Below are positions 1 to 10,686 of a DNA stretch of 64,000 bases, in pieces. This DNA comes from an uncultured Acidimicrobiia bacterium. Lineage in GTDB: Bacteria > Acidobacteriota > Terriglobia > Versatilivoradales > Versatilivoraceae. Both the position numbers and the translations under genes were made by a program. The notes beneath the pieces are model-generated. The model ran no database searches and was not told the origin of the DNA. It saw only the letters and a list, made by a program, of their open reading frames with translations. The stretch's first letter is position 1. Each line of letters starts with the position of its first letter. The stretch is taken from contig CAWBAT010000004.1 in the NCBI GenBank assembly GCA_963786955.1, positions 832,001-896,000 of the forward strand, in the 5' to 3' direction.

Positions 1-87
1 CCAATCGCGCCTCAGCAGTGGAGCTTACGGAAAAGGAGGGCTACGCGCGGCCCGGTGGAAGTCCTTGTTCTCCCGTGTTACTCGGAC

Positions 88-432
88 TTACGGATGAAAG
101 ATGATTTTCTGCGCCTGCACAGCATCGACAATCGCGAGCAGATACGCCTTTTGCTGTCCGGAAGAAGCAGCGCGAATCGTGTCCGCATCTTTTCTAAAGC
201 CTTGGCGTGTCAGGAAATCACAGAAGCTCGCCAAAACCTCGCTTTCTCCAGAGTTAACTGTCGCCCGCAATTCCTCAAGGGACGGAAGCCAACAATTGCC
301 ACACCGATAGGACGTGAAGATTTTGCGCGGTTCCGGATTCCAGCGAGGAATCACATGGGCGTCCGCACCTGAGCATGGGGTATGGCAAGTCGAACACAAG
401 AGGAAGTAAGACTCAGGGGCTTCTTCATCCAT
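88..432 (-). CDS. Hypothetical protein with two CxxC pairs (possible Zn-binding)
   Basis: ORF from ATG at 432 (MDEEAPESY...) with CSTC and CGNC motifs; no family recognised. Confidence 0.55.
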   Translation of the reverse strand: MDEEAPESYFLLCSTCHTPCSGADAHVIPRWNPEPRKIFTSYRCGNCWLPSLEELRATVNSGESEVLASFCDFLTRQGFRKDADTIRAASSGQQKAYLLAIVDAVQAQKIIFHP

Positions 433-593
433 GCGAATTCCCTCGGTGATTGGTCTGAGGTCCAGTTTAGTATAGCAAACTTCGGAAGCTGGCTCGCTAG
501 TAGCGGCAAGCAACGAGTCACAAGCTTCATCACAAAACGCGGTGAAAATTCTGTTGCAGCATTAAGCCCCCGCTTCTTTCCCGCCATTGTTCC

Positions 594-983
594 TTATTTT
601 TTCGAAACAGTGACGACCACTTGATCAGACCAATCCTCAATCGCTTCGTCAGCTGGACCTAGATGGTAAATATTTGCCTTGATGACGTAAGTACCCGCGT
701 CTTTATATGAGTGCTTCAAGCCCTCGGAACAATCTGAACCCACCGGACCTTGCGGAGAAGATGAGTAGGGACCATCCCCCCAAAGGATCGAGTATCCGCA
801 GCCTGCCCGGCCTTGATAATGTCCCCTGCCGAGTCGCACCAATCGCTCGGGCTCTATCACCTGGACAGCCAACGGGGCCGGGCCTGACAGCCTGTTTAGT
901 TTCAGCCGGTCGTTGACGCCGGCATAATAAAAAGCGCAAGCCAGGGTACTCACCAAAAACACTAACGAAATTCTTAATTTCAT
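594..983 (-). CDS. Secreted or membrane-anchored PKD-like domain protein
   Basis: GAGGTG RBS then MKLRISLVFLVSTLAC hydrophobic leader; WGDG...H.Y..AGTY.I pattern typical of PKD domains. Confidence 0.6.
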   Translation of the reverse strand: MKLRISLVFLVSTLACAFYYAGVNDRLKLNRLSGPAPLAVQVIEPERLVRLGRGHYQGRAGCGYSILWGDGPYSSSPQGPVGSDCSEGLKHSYKDAGTYVIKANIYHLGPADEAIEDWSDQVVVTVSKK

Positions 984-1213
984 ACTTTCACCTCGTCTTG
1001 GGTCCAACGCTGCAGTGAGCGGCAGCGCTGGAGACCTGTCCATACAGGTACGTTGTAACCGACAAGAAAAAAAGCAAAGCAATAAGAATTCGGTAAGTTG
1101 TAAGTTTCATCTGGCAATTTGGTTTAGCATTAGTCTTGATAGTACCAGGCGCTCATCACAATCAAGCTCAGCCGCAACAACCTAATTTGACGGGCATTCC
1201 ATGAAGCGATGGG

Positions 1214-1795
1214 TTAGGGCCATTCCACCGAATACACGGCAAATATCCGGCATGGCCCCGGCTCAGCGTTTTTGAATTGGCCTTTTTCCAATAAATGCTG
1301 TGCGTCTTCCAGAGAAGCCAGTAAACAATGTTGATTCGTTCCTACTTCTGTAGCCAACGAGTTGCATGATAGCGGGGAGCACTCTGCGCTTGTTCTCGCC
1401 GAAAAGGTGACGACATCGTAGCCCTCCAGACTTTTTCTTCGTGGCTCGATGACTTGAGTTGTGAACGACGCCTCTGGCTTGAAGGAGATCCATTGACCGT
1501 CGGCTTCATCGAATTCTAATTCATGAACCTCGTAGTAAAAAAGACTTGTCCCGGTTAGATAGATAGACTCTGCCTCAGATAGCTGCCGGATCGTGTCCGG
1601 AGAATCGAAAAACCAATAGCCATTGTGTTTCCAGTACTTGATGTAGTCGGCGAAGTCTTTGGATACGCAGTTGCTGACCAAGTAAACATCGATGACACGC
1701 TCGGCCTTTAACCATTCCGGCCGACTTATTACTCGCTTGGCCATGTATCCGGCTGGAATCATTTTGGCGCCAAACATGTACGAGAATGGCTGCAC
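1214..1795 (-). CDS. Hypothetical protein
   Basis: 193-aa ORF with GGAG RBS; globular composition (IPAGYMAKRV, WKHNGYWFFDSP, ECSPLSCN). Confidence 0.65.
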   Translation of the reverse strand: MQPFSYMFGAKMIPAGYMAKRVISRPEWLKAERVIDVYLVSNCVSKDFADYIKYWKHNGYWFFDSPDTIRQLSEAESIYLTGTSLFYYEVHELEFDEADGQWISFKPEASFTTQVIEPRRKSLEGYDVVTFSARTSAECSPLSCNSLATEVGTNQHCLLASLEDAQHLLEKGQFKNAEPGPCRIFAVYSVEWP

Positions 1796-1966
1796 CTCCT
1801 ACTTAAGGCGGAGCAAGGTGGGTCTGCCGATACCGAAAAAAGGGGGTCAACCTCCCTGTCGCCATTGGCACTGTCCCCTTTGTTTGAGGGGGACGATTGC
1901 GCGGTGGCCCGGCTTCGCAGAGCTCAGCCCTCCAAGCAAGGTGCTGCGTCTAGACGCACGCCCGGC

Positions 1967-3031
1967 TTAAATCCCCAGTTTTTGCGCGGCCATTTGGGTC
2001 CCGAGTACTCGGGCACGAATTTTCTGAAATGCCGTCTCCCGGCTCGTCGAGGTATCATCCCCAAAAGGAGAAAATCCGCAATCGTCCGTCGTGCCCAGTT
2101 GTCCCAGGGGAATGAATTCGGCGGCTTCGAGCACTCGATCTCTGACTTCCTCGGGGGTCTCTGCTTTTGGGTTGATCGGATCGATCACGCCGACAAAAAT
2201 CTTCTGGTCCGGCCTGGCGCTTTCTTTGATGACCCTCAAGACCCTGGAACGAGAGGTCTCACTCGCAAGCTGGATATAGAAATTTCCAACCTTCAGCTCA
2301 AACAAGAGAGGTAACAGCTCTGCATAATCCACGTCTGCGCTGTGTGTGGAGTCTTGATCGCCCCCGGGGCAAGTATGGACTCCAATACGTTTGCGCTCTT
2401 CCGAGGAAAACCGGCTAAAGACGCGGTTGTTCAACTCGACAAAATTCTTCAAAAGTTTCTTGGAAGGATCGAGCTTTACCGAAAGCCGCCCTTCCGTGAA
2501 ATCAACTTGAACATTATAAGCCCCTCGCTCGAGACAGCGCCGGATATCGGTTTCGTTTTCGCTAACCAGATCGGCAACAAAGGCTTCCCGTGGATAGCCC
2601 TCCAGCCTCTGCTGTGGATACAAGAGACTCAGGGCGGAAGCTGAAATCACAGCCTGCTTGACGGGAACATGCGCATGTTTTCTAGCTTCCACTAGATATC
2701 CCTCGGCATAAGTTTTGTAACGAAAAGGACCTGCCGTGAGTCGCGGCAGCTGGCGGGTGTGCCCGTCAGCAAACGGGATCGTCACTCCGTCGGATGCGAG
2801 CGTGGTCAGTCCGTGAATGGGGTAGGTTGCAAAGCTGGGCTTGGTCTGCTCGCCGTCGGTGATGACGGGGGAACCCGTGGCTTCGAAAAGCCGGATGGTG
2901 TCACGAACCGCATCGTTGTAAAACGAATTCACTTCCTTCTGGGTGATATGCCCGGCGTTGAAAGCTTGGACAGCTTCGATCAGTTTTTGCGGTCTGGGAA
3001 TACTGCCTATAGGTTCAGTGGGGATTGGCAT
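1967..3031 (-). CDS. Cobalamin-independent methionine synthase, short single-barrel form (MetE C-terminal-domain family)
   Basis: PTEPIGSIPRP start, ITDGEQ, Zn ligands HTC and DDCGF; GGAGG RBS before ATG 3031. Confidence 0.85.
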   Translation of the reverse strand: MPIPTEPIGSIPRPQKLIEAVQAFNAGHITQKEVNSFYNDAVRDTIRLFEATGSPVITDGEQTKPSFATYPIHGLTTLASDGVTIPFADGHTRQLPRLTAGPFRYKTYAEGYLVEARKHAHVPVKQAVISASALSLLYPQQRLEGYPREAFVADLVSENETDIRRCLERGAYNVQVDFTEGRLSVKLDPSKKLLKNFVELNNRVFSRFSSEERKRIGVHTCPGGDQDSTHSADVDYAELLPLLFELKVGNFYIQLASETSRSRVLRVIKESARPDQKIFVGVIDPINPKAETPEEVRDRVLEAAEFIPLGQLGTTDDCGFSPFGDDTSTSRETAFQKIRARVLGTQMAAQKLGI

Positions 3032-3156
3032 GAATTTAATCCTCCGCATCGAAAAGGATGACGCCAGCTCAGGTGGGCTGGCCTAAAGAATTGATCTGTT
3101 TGTCAATTTTAGTTTGTAACCCGTCATTCATAAAGTTCGCTTTGGAGCAATGGGTG

Positions 3157-4224
3157 CTAGCAGATCCGGGGCAGTTGTTCACCGCTGAGCATATCGACGA
3201 TCCGGGTGGCGCCAATCCTGCTTTTCATCGTCACCAGTCCATTTTCTTCCGGGGTGACCTGTCCGATCCTGCTGGCTTCGATTCCAAGAGGGTGGGCTCT
3301 CATGAGATCGAGAGCCCGTTCGGCGTGCTCAGGAGCTACAAAACAAACGAACCTTCCTTCGTTGGCCACATAGAGCGGATCAAAACCCAGGATTTCACAG
3401 GCGCCCCGAACATCTTCCCGGGCCGGAATGGAGTTCTCATCGATGTGGATCCCAAGTTTCGCAGCTTCGGCAATTTCAACCAGGGCGCTGGCCAACCCTC
3501 CGCGCGTCAGATCTCGAAGACAATGGATTTCAAGTTCTGCCTCGAGCATGGAAAGCACGAGTCCGGAAACGGGCGCACAGTCACTCTCAATGGTGGTCTC
3601 AAACTCCAACCCTTCCCTGACCGCCATGATGGCAATCCCATGCCGGCCAATGTCTCCGCTGAGGAGAATCACGTCTCCCGGACGAATGCTCGCTGGTGAG
3701 ATGGTCCGGGGAGTTTCGAGGACGCCCACTCCGGCGGTATTAATAAAGATGCCATCTCCCTTTCCGCGGTCAACGACCTTGGTATCCCCCGTAATCAATT
3801 GAACACTCGCCTCTTCGGCTGCCCGTTTCATCGACTGGACCACACGCCAGAGCGTTTCCATGGGAAGTCCTTCCTCGAGGATGAACCCTGCGCTTAAATA
3901 AAGTGGCCGGGCCCCGCACATTGCCAGATCATTGACCGATCCATTGACGGCCAGGGTCCCGATGTCTCCTCCTGGAAAAAAGAGCGGCCGGACTACGTAA
4001 CTGTCGGTGGTAAAAGCGAGCTTCTGGGAACCTATCTGAAACACCGCGCCATCGTGGCGGGATTCCAGGAATGGGTTGCTGAAAAGTGGCAAAAACATCT
4101 TCTCGATGAGTTGGTGCGAGAGAGTGCCGCCGCCACCATGAGCGAGCAGGATGTGGGGATATTGGTCAATGGGGATAGGGCAAGAGAAGCCATTGGCCAA
4201 ATCGTTCGCAGAGTCAGGCTTCAT
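3157..4224 (-). CDS. hypE: Hydrogenase maturation protein HypE
   Basis: [30 protein letters not shown] and C-terminal LPRIC; start at 4224 overlaps the hypD end. Confidence 0.97.
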   Translation of the reverse strand: MKPDSANDLANGFSCPIPIDQYPHILLAHGGGGTLSHQLIEKMFLPLFSNPFLESRHDGAVFQIGSQKLAFTTDSYVVRPLFFPGGDIGTLAVNGSVNDLAMCGARPLYLSAGFILEEGLPMETLWRVVQSMKRAAEEASVQLITGDTKVVDRGKGDGIFINTAGVGVLETPRTISPASIRPGDVILLSGDIGRHGIAIMAVREGLEFETTIESDCAPVSGLVLSMLEAELEIHCLRDLTRGGLASALVEIAEAAKLGIHIDENSIPAREDVRGACEILGFDPLYVANEGRFVCFVAPEHAERALDLMRAHPLGIEASRIGQVTPEENGLVTMKSRIGATRIVDMLSGEQLPRIC

Positions 4225-5350
4225 GCGCTTCCACTTTCTGATGAGGAATCGAGCCCTCGTTTGGCCGGATTCGCCGGTAGCGATAGTAAGCGGCACAGGC
4301 TCCTTCGGAAGAGACCATGGTGGCTCCCAGCGGGTGTTCCGGCGTGCAGCGTGATCCAAACGCGGGGCACTCGAAGGGCTTCTTCACGCCCTGAAGGACC
4401 AACCCGCTGATGCACTCCGGGGATTCTTCAAAGGTTTGGTCCGCCACACCAAACCGGCGCTCGGCGTCAAAGTCAGCAAACGGATCCTGCAATCCTAACC
4501 CACTATGATTGATCTGCCCCACTCCCCGCCATTTTCGATGAACGACCCGAAACACTTTTTGAATCAAGTTCTGGGCAACTGTATTCCCTCGTCTCTGCAC
4601 AGCTCGGCGGTATTGGTTTTCCACTTCAGCCCGCCCTTCTTCCAGCTGGCGGATGCACATGTAGATACCCTGAAGGATATCCAAAGGCTCAAACCCGGTG
4701 ACGACGATGGGCACGTGATATTTCTTCGCGATGGGCTCGTATTCCTCGTACCCCATCACGGTGCAGACGTGTCCCGCTGCCAGAAAACCCTGCACCCGGT
4801 TCGATGGGGAAGAAAGGATGGCCTCCATCGCCGGAGGCACCAGAACATGGGAAACGAGGATGGAAAAATTCTTGACCTGCTGCTGATGAGCCTGGAACAC
4901 GGCCATGGCATTGGCCGGAGCGGTCGTCTCAAATCCAACCGCAAAAAAAACCACTTGTCGTTCCGGATTCTCCCGTGCCAATCGCAAGGCGTCCAGAGGA
5001 GAATAGACAATCCGTACGTCACCCCCTTCCGCCTTCACGCTCAACAAATCCTTGGAATTGCCGGGCACTCGGAGCATATCCCCGAAAGAACAGAAGATCA
5101 CTCCGGGGCGCGAAGCAATCTCAATGGCTTTTTCGATGAGCTCCAAAGGAGTCACACAAACCGGGCAACCGGGCCCGTGCACCAGAGTGATCTGTTTGGG
5201 CAGTAATTCATCGATGCCGAATTTGACAATCGAGTGGGTCTGCCCGCCACACACCTCCATAATGGTCCATTCTCGCGTCGCCAAACGATGGATCATTCGC
5301 GCGTAGCGTTGAGCGGCCTCACCGTCCCGGTACTCATCGATGAACTTCAT
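4214..5350 (-). CDS. hypD: Hydrogenase maturation protein HypD
   Basis: [33 protein letters not shown]. Confidence 0.97.
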   Translation of the reverse strand: MKFIDEYRDGEAAQRYARMIHRLATREWTIMEVCGGQTHSIVKFGIDELLPKQITLVHGPGCPVCVTPLELIEKAIEIASRPGVIFCSFGDMLRVPGNSKDLLSVKAEGGDVRIVYSPLDALRLARENPERQVVFFAVGFETTAPANAMAVFQAHQQQVKNFSILVSHVLVPPAMEAILSSPSNRVQGFLAAGHVCTVMGYEEYEPIAKKYHVPIVVTGFEPLDILQGIYMCIRQLEEGRAEVENQYRRAVQRRGNTVAQNLIQKVFRVVHRKWRGVGQINHSGLGLQDPFADFDAERRFGVADQTFEESPECISGLVLQGVKKPFECPAFGSRCTPEHPLGATMVSSEGACAAYYRYRRIRPNEGSIPHQKVEAHEA

Positions 5351-5613
5351 TTCACTTCCTTCTCCCCATTCTCCTCAAGTTCGGCTAATTCTCCCATTTG
5401 GCGCAAATATTCAAAGACCTGCCGAGCTTCGCCTTCATCGATGGTGTTAATCGCGAAACCCACATGAACAAGAACGTAGTCGCCCACCTGAGCTTCGGGA
5501 ACATAGGCCAAATTAATCAGTTTGACGATCCCACTGAAGTCCACTTTGCCGCTTCGAAGCAAGGGGTCTGAACCTTCAATGCTAAGGAGCTTCCCTGGCA
5601 CGGCCAGACACAT
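5347..5613 (-). CDS. hypC: Hydrogenase maturation chaperone HypC
   Basis: MCLAVPG N-terminus, [11 protein letters not shown]. Confidence 0.97.
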   Translation of the reverse strand: MCLAVPGKLLSIEGSDPLLRSGKVDFSGIVKLINLAYVPEAQVGDYVLVHVGFAINTIDEGEARQVFEYLRQMGELAELEENGEKEVK

Positions 5614-6058
5614 GTCAATGACTCCTTAATTATTATGCCGTTCTAAAAATATCATCTTTAGTTTGACCCACCCGAGAAGGCTTATCAAGTGTTCATTCCC
5701 CTCCCCAGTCGGGGAGAGGAATCAAGGGTGAGGGTTCCACAAACCGCAAAAACCAAATTTCGAATCTGCGGCTGCAAATTGGTTTCACGTCCGATAACCC
5801 AGGGCGGCATGGATGCGGTGCTCGTTATAGAATTCCACATAGGCTCGAATTTTACCTGGTGAGATTCGCCAAAGGTTTCACGGGCGCTGGGCCATATCTC
5901 TTTTTCTTTGATGGTTCGAATCTCTCGTTCGACATAAGCATTCTTATCCAGGGCGTTGTATCCGGTGTATTGGGCTTCGATTGCCCTAATGACGCAGACT
6001 CGCTGGGATTACCCTTCCGCTGCGCGAGGGATGCGATCAAAGACCCCGGCTGAACGCT

Positions 6059-8848
6059 CTATCGGTAGGACACGATTTCTGCGTAGAGGATTAGAAGGAT
6101 TAACAACAACCCGATCGTCAGCGCCGTGAAACCAAGCCGCCGCCAAAGCTTCACTGCCAGCGGGTTTGGTCGCGGCATCAGGAGCTTATCCAATTCACCG
6201 CTTTCTACAAGTTGCTCGTATTCCCGTGGCCGGTCCCGCTTGAATTCTTCGAGCGGAACTCCTTCCGTAAAGATGACCGTATCTATTGGGAACTTCTCGG
6301 GTCGGAAGTGGGTGTTGAAGAAATGGATGGTGAAGATGAATCCCACCGCAAGCAGCGCCTCGTCGCTATGGATGGTGGTAGCCACGTTAATCATCCAGCC
6401 CGGCATGAATCGTGTAAAGAATTCCGGAAACCAGAGCAAGAGACCGCTGGCCCCAATCACTGCCACGCCCCAGAAAACGGCAAAGTAATCGAACTTTTCC
6501 CAGTAGGTCCACCGCCCATAGGCCGGCCGTTCTCCTTTACCAAAAAACCACTTCACCGAGCCAATCAGTTCGCAGAGATCGTTGCGGTTGAACAGCATGC
6601 TCTCCTTGCCCAGGATGAACTGGCGCCATGTTTTGCGAGCCTCGCGCTTTTTGCGGACGAGATCACGAACATGGAAAGCGAAATAGCCGAAGGTAAGGAC
6701 GGCGCAGGTCCGGTGGATGAAACCCGCTGCTTCGAATCCACCGAGCAGCCGCGAGACCAGCTGTGCCCAGCCAGCATAGGAGAACTTCAGCATCATACCC
6801 GTAATTGCCAAGCCGAAGAAACTGACGATAACGGTCAAGTGCAGATTGCGGTGCAGTTTTTCAAAGCGCCGCACATAAACAGGGCTTTCTTCCACATGCG
6901 CCGCTTTGAGTTCGCGACGGTATTGCAGGGAGCGGGGCAACCACGCGATCGTGTGTGAACCGGAGATCAGCAGCGTACCCAGCAGGAGTGTGGTCATACC
7001 CCAAAAAGTGTAAAACAAAAACGGATATTTATGCGGATCATGATGTGTGGCGTGAGTCAGGTAGCCTGCAAATCGGCGGTGTGAACCCGGATGACATTTT
7101 CCACAGGTTGCCACAATGTTGGCGCGACTTAACCGGGATTTCTGATCGTCTACGCGTCGTATGTCGTGCGCTCCATGGCAGTCGTAGCACTTCGCTGTTT
7201 TGACGTATCCGAGTTTGGACACCTTCCCATGATACGTTTCGAAATAGGTGTCCGTGATGTCCTTGTGGCAGCGACCACACTGCTCCATGATATGCAGCTG
7301 GAAATCGGTGATGTCCGTGCGCTGAATCGTGTGCGCCGTATGACAGTCGCTGCAAGTCGGCTGGAGCTTCCCTGTTCTTGTTACCTCGGGCGAGTGGACA
7401 CTGCCAACGAACTGCTCATAAATGCCGCGATGACATTTTGAGCAGGTGGCAGCAATATTCTGAGGGTTAACGCTGGACCGCGGATCAGCTTTCGGCAGCT
7501 CATGGTGCGGCGTGTGGCAGTCGGCGCAGTCGGCTGTCACCGTCAGGCCGGCTTCGAGTAGACCTTTGCCGTGAATGCTCTCGCGGTAGTGTTCCAGGAT
7601 TTCGGTCTGCTGCCCTTTGTACCTTAAGGCCGCTTTTTGTCCCGTGCGATGGCACTGCGCGCACAGAGCCGGCACATTACGTGAGTAAGTAGGGGAATTC
7701 GATTGATTCTTGCTCAGCACATTATGTGTGCTGTGGCAGTCGGCACATCGCGGAGAATCCGGGCTGCCTTTGGCGCTGAGCGTTCCATGCGTGCTTTCCC
7801 GATATTGACTGACCGCTTCGGCATGACAGATGGAGCAATCCACCTGCGCAACCACAGTGGCACACGGCCTCGTCCCCGACGGCATGACTCCGGTGTGACA
7901 CTGCACGCAGGTGACTCGTGAGTGCCGCGAACCCGAGAGTTCTGCTGTCTTCACATACAAAGAAAAGGTCTGGCCGCCTCGCGTCACCGTCAAATCCGAT
8001 TTACCGTGGCAGCGCAGGCAGTCATGGTCCGACATACCTTGCGCGTAGAACACGCGACGAATCTTGTGCGGTTCATGACAATCAACGCAGGCTGGAATCA
8101 GATGGGACTGCTTTTCCCAGAGTTCCCCCCGGATCACTTTCTGATGAACCGCCTCGATCTGCGCGTGGCAGTGCATACAGGTCTTGGCGATATTTTTCGC
8201 GGCAATCGAAGAGCGCGGGTCGGTGTGCGGGAGCACGGAGTGAGAGGTATGGCAGCTGGTACACACTGCGGTTACGGTGAGCCCCCGCTTGAATAAGCCC
8301 TCACCGTGAATGCTGTCGGCATAGTTACCGAAGATATTGGTCTGGGGAATGTCGTGTGTAAGGCTGACCGGAGACCCTTCCCGGTGGCAGCGGCCGCACA
8401 ACTTCGGCACTTCTGTGACGGAAACGGATGAACCCGGAGTGGAGGGGCTCAGCAGATGATGCGTACCATGGCAGTCCTTGCAGGTAGGCGCAAGCTTATC
8501 CCCTCGGCTTAGTGCCTTACCATGCAAACTCTCATCATAATGTTTCTGCTGGTCTGCATGACAGTTGCCGCATTCCACCTTCGACAATTTTTCAGCGTGG
8601 GGCAGTTGCTTCGGATCGATGTCGGAATGACAGCTCGAGCACTCGAGCGAAGCATGCGGGGAGGCCTTTAACGCTGCTTCATCATAAGCCGGCGGCACGC
8701 CAGCTTCCCTTTTTCCCGTTCTCCGACCTGGGTCATGGCACCCAGCACACTCTTCTGATCCCGGGAGCGTTTTCGACTCTGGGGCAGCCTGGACAGAGAC
8801 TTGTAAGTAAAGGATCAGTAATAACTTAACCAATAACCACACTACCAT
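6059..8848 (-). CDS. Multiheme cytochrome c (19 CxxCH) fused to a C-terminal FdnI/HydC-type diheme cytochrome b (CbcL-like)
   Basis: Signal peptide, 19 CxxCH counted by hand, then TM helices with HRNLH, HRTCA, YWEKFDYFAVFWG, IHSDEALLA, HFFNTHF. Confidence 0.9.
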   Translation of the reverse strand: MVVWLLVKLLLILYLQVSVQAAPESKTLPGSEECAGCHDPGRRTGKREAGVPPAYDEAALKASPHASLECSSCHSDIDPKQLPHAEKLSKVECGNCHADQQKHYDESLHGKALSRGDKLAPTCKDCHGTHHLLSPSTPGSSVSVTEVPKLCGRCHREGSPVSLTHDIPQTNIFGNYADSIHGEGLFKRGLTVTAVCTSCHTSHSVLPHTDPRSSIAAKNIAKTCMHCHAQIEAVHQKVIRGELWEKQSHLIPACVDCHEPHKIRRVFYAQGMSDHDCLRCHGKSDLTVTRGGQTFSLYVKTAELSGSRHSRVTCVQCHTGVMPSGTRPCATVVAQVDCSICHAEAVSQYRESTHGTLSAKGSPDSPRCADCHSTHNVLSKNQSNSPTYSRNVPALCAQCHRTGQKAALRYKGQQTEILEHYRESIHGKGLLEAGLTVTADCADCHTPHHELPKADPRSSVNPQNIAATCSKCHRGIYEQFVGSVHSPEVTRTGKLQPTCSDCHTAHTIQRTDITDFQLHIMEQCGRCHKDITDTYFETYHGKVSKLGYVKTAKCYDCHGAHDIRRVDDQKSRLSRANIVATCGKCHPGSHRRFAGYLTHATHHDPHKYPFLFYTFWGMTTLLLGTLLISGSHTIAWLPRSLQYRRELKAAHVEESPVYVRRFEKLHRNLHLTVIVSFFGLAITGMMLKFSYAGWAQLVSRLLGGFEAAGFIHRTCAVLTFGYFAFHVRDLVRKKREARKTWRQFILGKESMLFNRNDLCELIGSVKWFFGKGERPAYGRWTYWEKFDYFAVFWGVAVIGASGLLLWFPEFFTRFMPGWMINVATTIHSDEALLAVGFIFTIHFFNTHFRPEKFPIDTVIFTEGVPLEEFKRDRPREYEQLVESGELDKLLMPRPNPLAVKLWRRLGFTALTIGLLLILLILYAEIVSYR

Positions 8849-8907
8849 TACTGCTCCCTTAGACAAATCTCTTGCGGACGTTTCGCCGCAATATCATGTT
8901 AAACAAG

Positions 8908-8923
8908 TGCAATTCTCTTGCCG
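8908..8923 (-). promoter_or_regulatory. Putative sigma54 (-24/-12) promoter of the multiheme cytochrome gene
   Basis: Minus strand CGGCAAGAGAATTGCA = GG-N10-GC, 60 nt upstream of ATG. Confidence 0.6.
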
Positions 8924-9247
8924 TTTTTTTCGGCCATTCTAGTCAGAGCCAACGACATCCAATGGCATCGGGAACTGACACGTCTCAGTTGGGCTCGAAG
9001 GTGGGGACAGGACTTCACATCTGAAAGCGACGAAGAGATACCTAATCTGAAAACCACAACAGTTCCACCAGCCTCCCCTGATTCCCGAAACCGAAAAGAA
9101 CTGCTTTCGCGACTGTTTACTTGCTTATTGCCGCCAGGACACGCTAGCGATGGCGGAACTTATCAACCTAATCGGTTGTGCAATTGAATTTCGGCTCTAA
9201 GTTGAATGCCTTCGACTAGACCTGTTGACAACTGTGGGCGCCCCAAC

Positions 9248-10429
9248 TTAGGGCATTTGCCGATAAGCTTGTCGAACAATTTCGACTTGTTCACGAAGAG
9301 CGGGGTGGGGACGAAAATCAGGTGGGGTTCCATGTGCATATCCGAAGAAGTCGCATCCGGATTCGTACCATTTTTTCCAAGTGTTGGGATCGCACAACCC
9401 TTTCACATCGGGCCGACCAATGATGGTAGTCATGACCCGTTGATTCGGTTTGCGGATCTTCAGGAGCCAATCCACCACGGCATCGGATGATTCCGCGATG
9501 AGTTGGTCACATTCGTTGACCATCGGATGGTCGACCCACATCGGTTCCGCCGGTCTGTAAAATGGCACATTGAAGTTCGCTTTGGTTTCTGGGTTGCCTT
9601 TGTGCATGGCTTCCTGGATGCGATGGAATTGCCGGGCCATAACTTCCCGCTTGTACTTCAGGCTTTCCTCCGGGCTGATCTCGGATGCTTTCTCCGGCAT
9701 GTCCCGCCCGATAATTTCCCGGAACGGATTTTTGACGAAAGCTGATGGCTGCACCGGGAAATCATTGCAATCGTATTTCCCATAATTAAAGCAGTCAAAA
9801 TTGATCCAGTCGACAGGATAGAGGCGCAAGAACTCGGTGATGCGGGCGCAGAGCAAATCTGTCCAAGGACTCTCGGGCGCCAAAAGTCCTACCTCGTTAT
9901 GGTTTCGAGTGGTGGGAACGAGCCAGTCGGAGCGGATATTGCTCATGCAAAGGTCCATAGCAATGCAAAAATAGCCGCAAAACGGCAGATTCGCCTTTTG
10001 CGCCATTTTAAACAGCCTGGGAAACAAATCTCTGCCGGGTCCCGGAGCTACAGGCCCGAGTTTTGTCGGATAATAGGCGTATCCACAATAGGAATAACCC
10101 TGTAAGAAAAAGATGTTCACGCCGAAATCCCGATGCCATGCAAAGTACTCCTCAGGGTCAATGAAGGCCCAGTCCTGGGGCATGGCTGGCGTCATTACGA
10201 CTCGGTCTCCCTTGCGAGCGATAAAATTCAGGTCGCAGCAAAACAACTTGATCGGTTTTCCGCCGCTAGGCAAATCTTTCGCGTTAGGCAGTAATTGCAC
10301 TGACGGTTTCTTGCTTATTGCGGTCACGGCAGATTCGCTGGGAGCAGAATTTAGAGCCGCAGCCGTGCCAACAGCGAGCCACGATGATTTCTTCAGAAAC
10401 TTTCGGCGAGTCTGGCTTCCATCATTCAT
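9248..10429 (-). CDS. Tat-exported protein, probable TIM-barrel glycoside-hydrolase-like
   Basis: TRRKFLK twin-arginine signal; GYAYYPTK..P..PG.GRDL and YPVDWINFD resemble GH29/GHL-type barrels; family call tentative. Confidence 0.55.
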   Translation of the reverse strand: MNDGSQTRRKFLKKSSWLAVGTAAALNSAPSESAVTAISKKPSVQLLPNAKDLPSGGKPIKLFCCDLNFIARKGDRVVMTPAMPQDWAFIDPEEYFAWHRDFGVNIFFLQGYSYCGYAYYPTKLGPVAPGPGRDLFPRLFKMAQKANLPFCGYFCIAMDLCMSNIRSDWLVPTTRNHNEVGLLAPESPWTDLLCARITEFLRLYPVDWINFDCFNYGKYDCNDFPVQPSAFVKNPFREIIGRDMPEKASEISPEESLKYKREVMARQFHRIQEAMHKGNPETKANFNVPFYRPAEPMWVDHPMVNECDQLIAESSDAVVDWLLKIRKPNQRVMTTIIGRPDVKGLCDPNTWKKWYESGCDFFGYAHGTPPDFRPHPALREQVEIVRQAYRQMP

Positions 10430-10486
10430 AGGAATCTCCAAGATTTCTCAGTGAAGGTGCGATGCTCTATTCTTTGTGGGACTGCA

Positions 10487-10670
10487 TCCCTCACCCGGTC
10501 CTGATGGACCACCCTTCTCCCGCAAGGGTGAATTCTTGTGCGGGTGCGGAGCTATAAATAGGCCGCCCCTAACGGGACTGGAGAGAATGAGGGAACCGAC
10601 TGCGGTCATAGAGCATCGCTATTTCTTCACACCTTCGGAAGACAGGGGTGCCCAATGTCGGGTGAGGGGC
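10487..10670. repeat. Inverted pair of CCCTCACCC-type REP-like palindromes; related copy near 5696-5735
   Basis: CCCTCACCCG...AAGGGTGAA faces TTCACACCTT...CGGGTGAGGGG. Confidence 0.55.
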
Positions 10671-10686
10671 TGATGTCAAGATCCAA

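Noticed and set aside
3091-3106. FNR box upstream of the short metE (TTGAT...GTCAA)
   Set aside because: Spacer is 6 nt rather than 4; insufficient support
5614-6058. Small ORFs or an RNA element between the multiheme gene and hypC
   Set aside because: ORFs are 62-64 aa without RBS or motif; only REP-like fragments are recognisable
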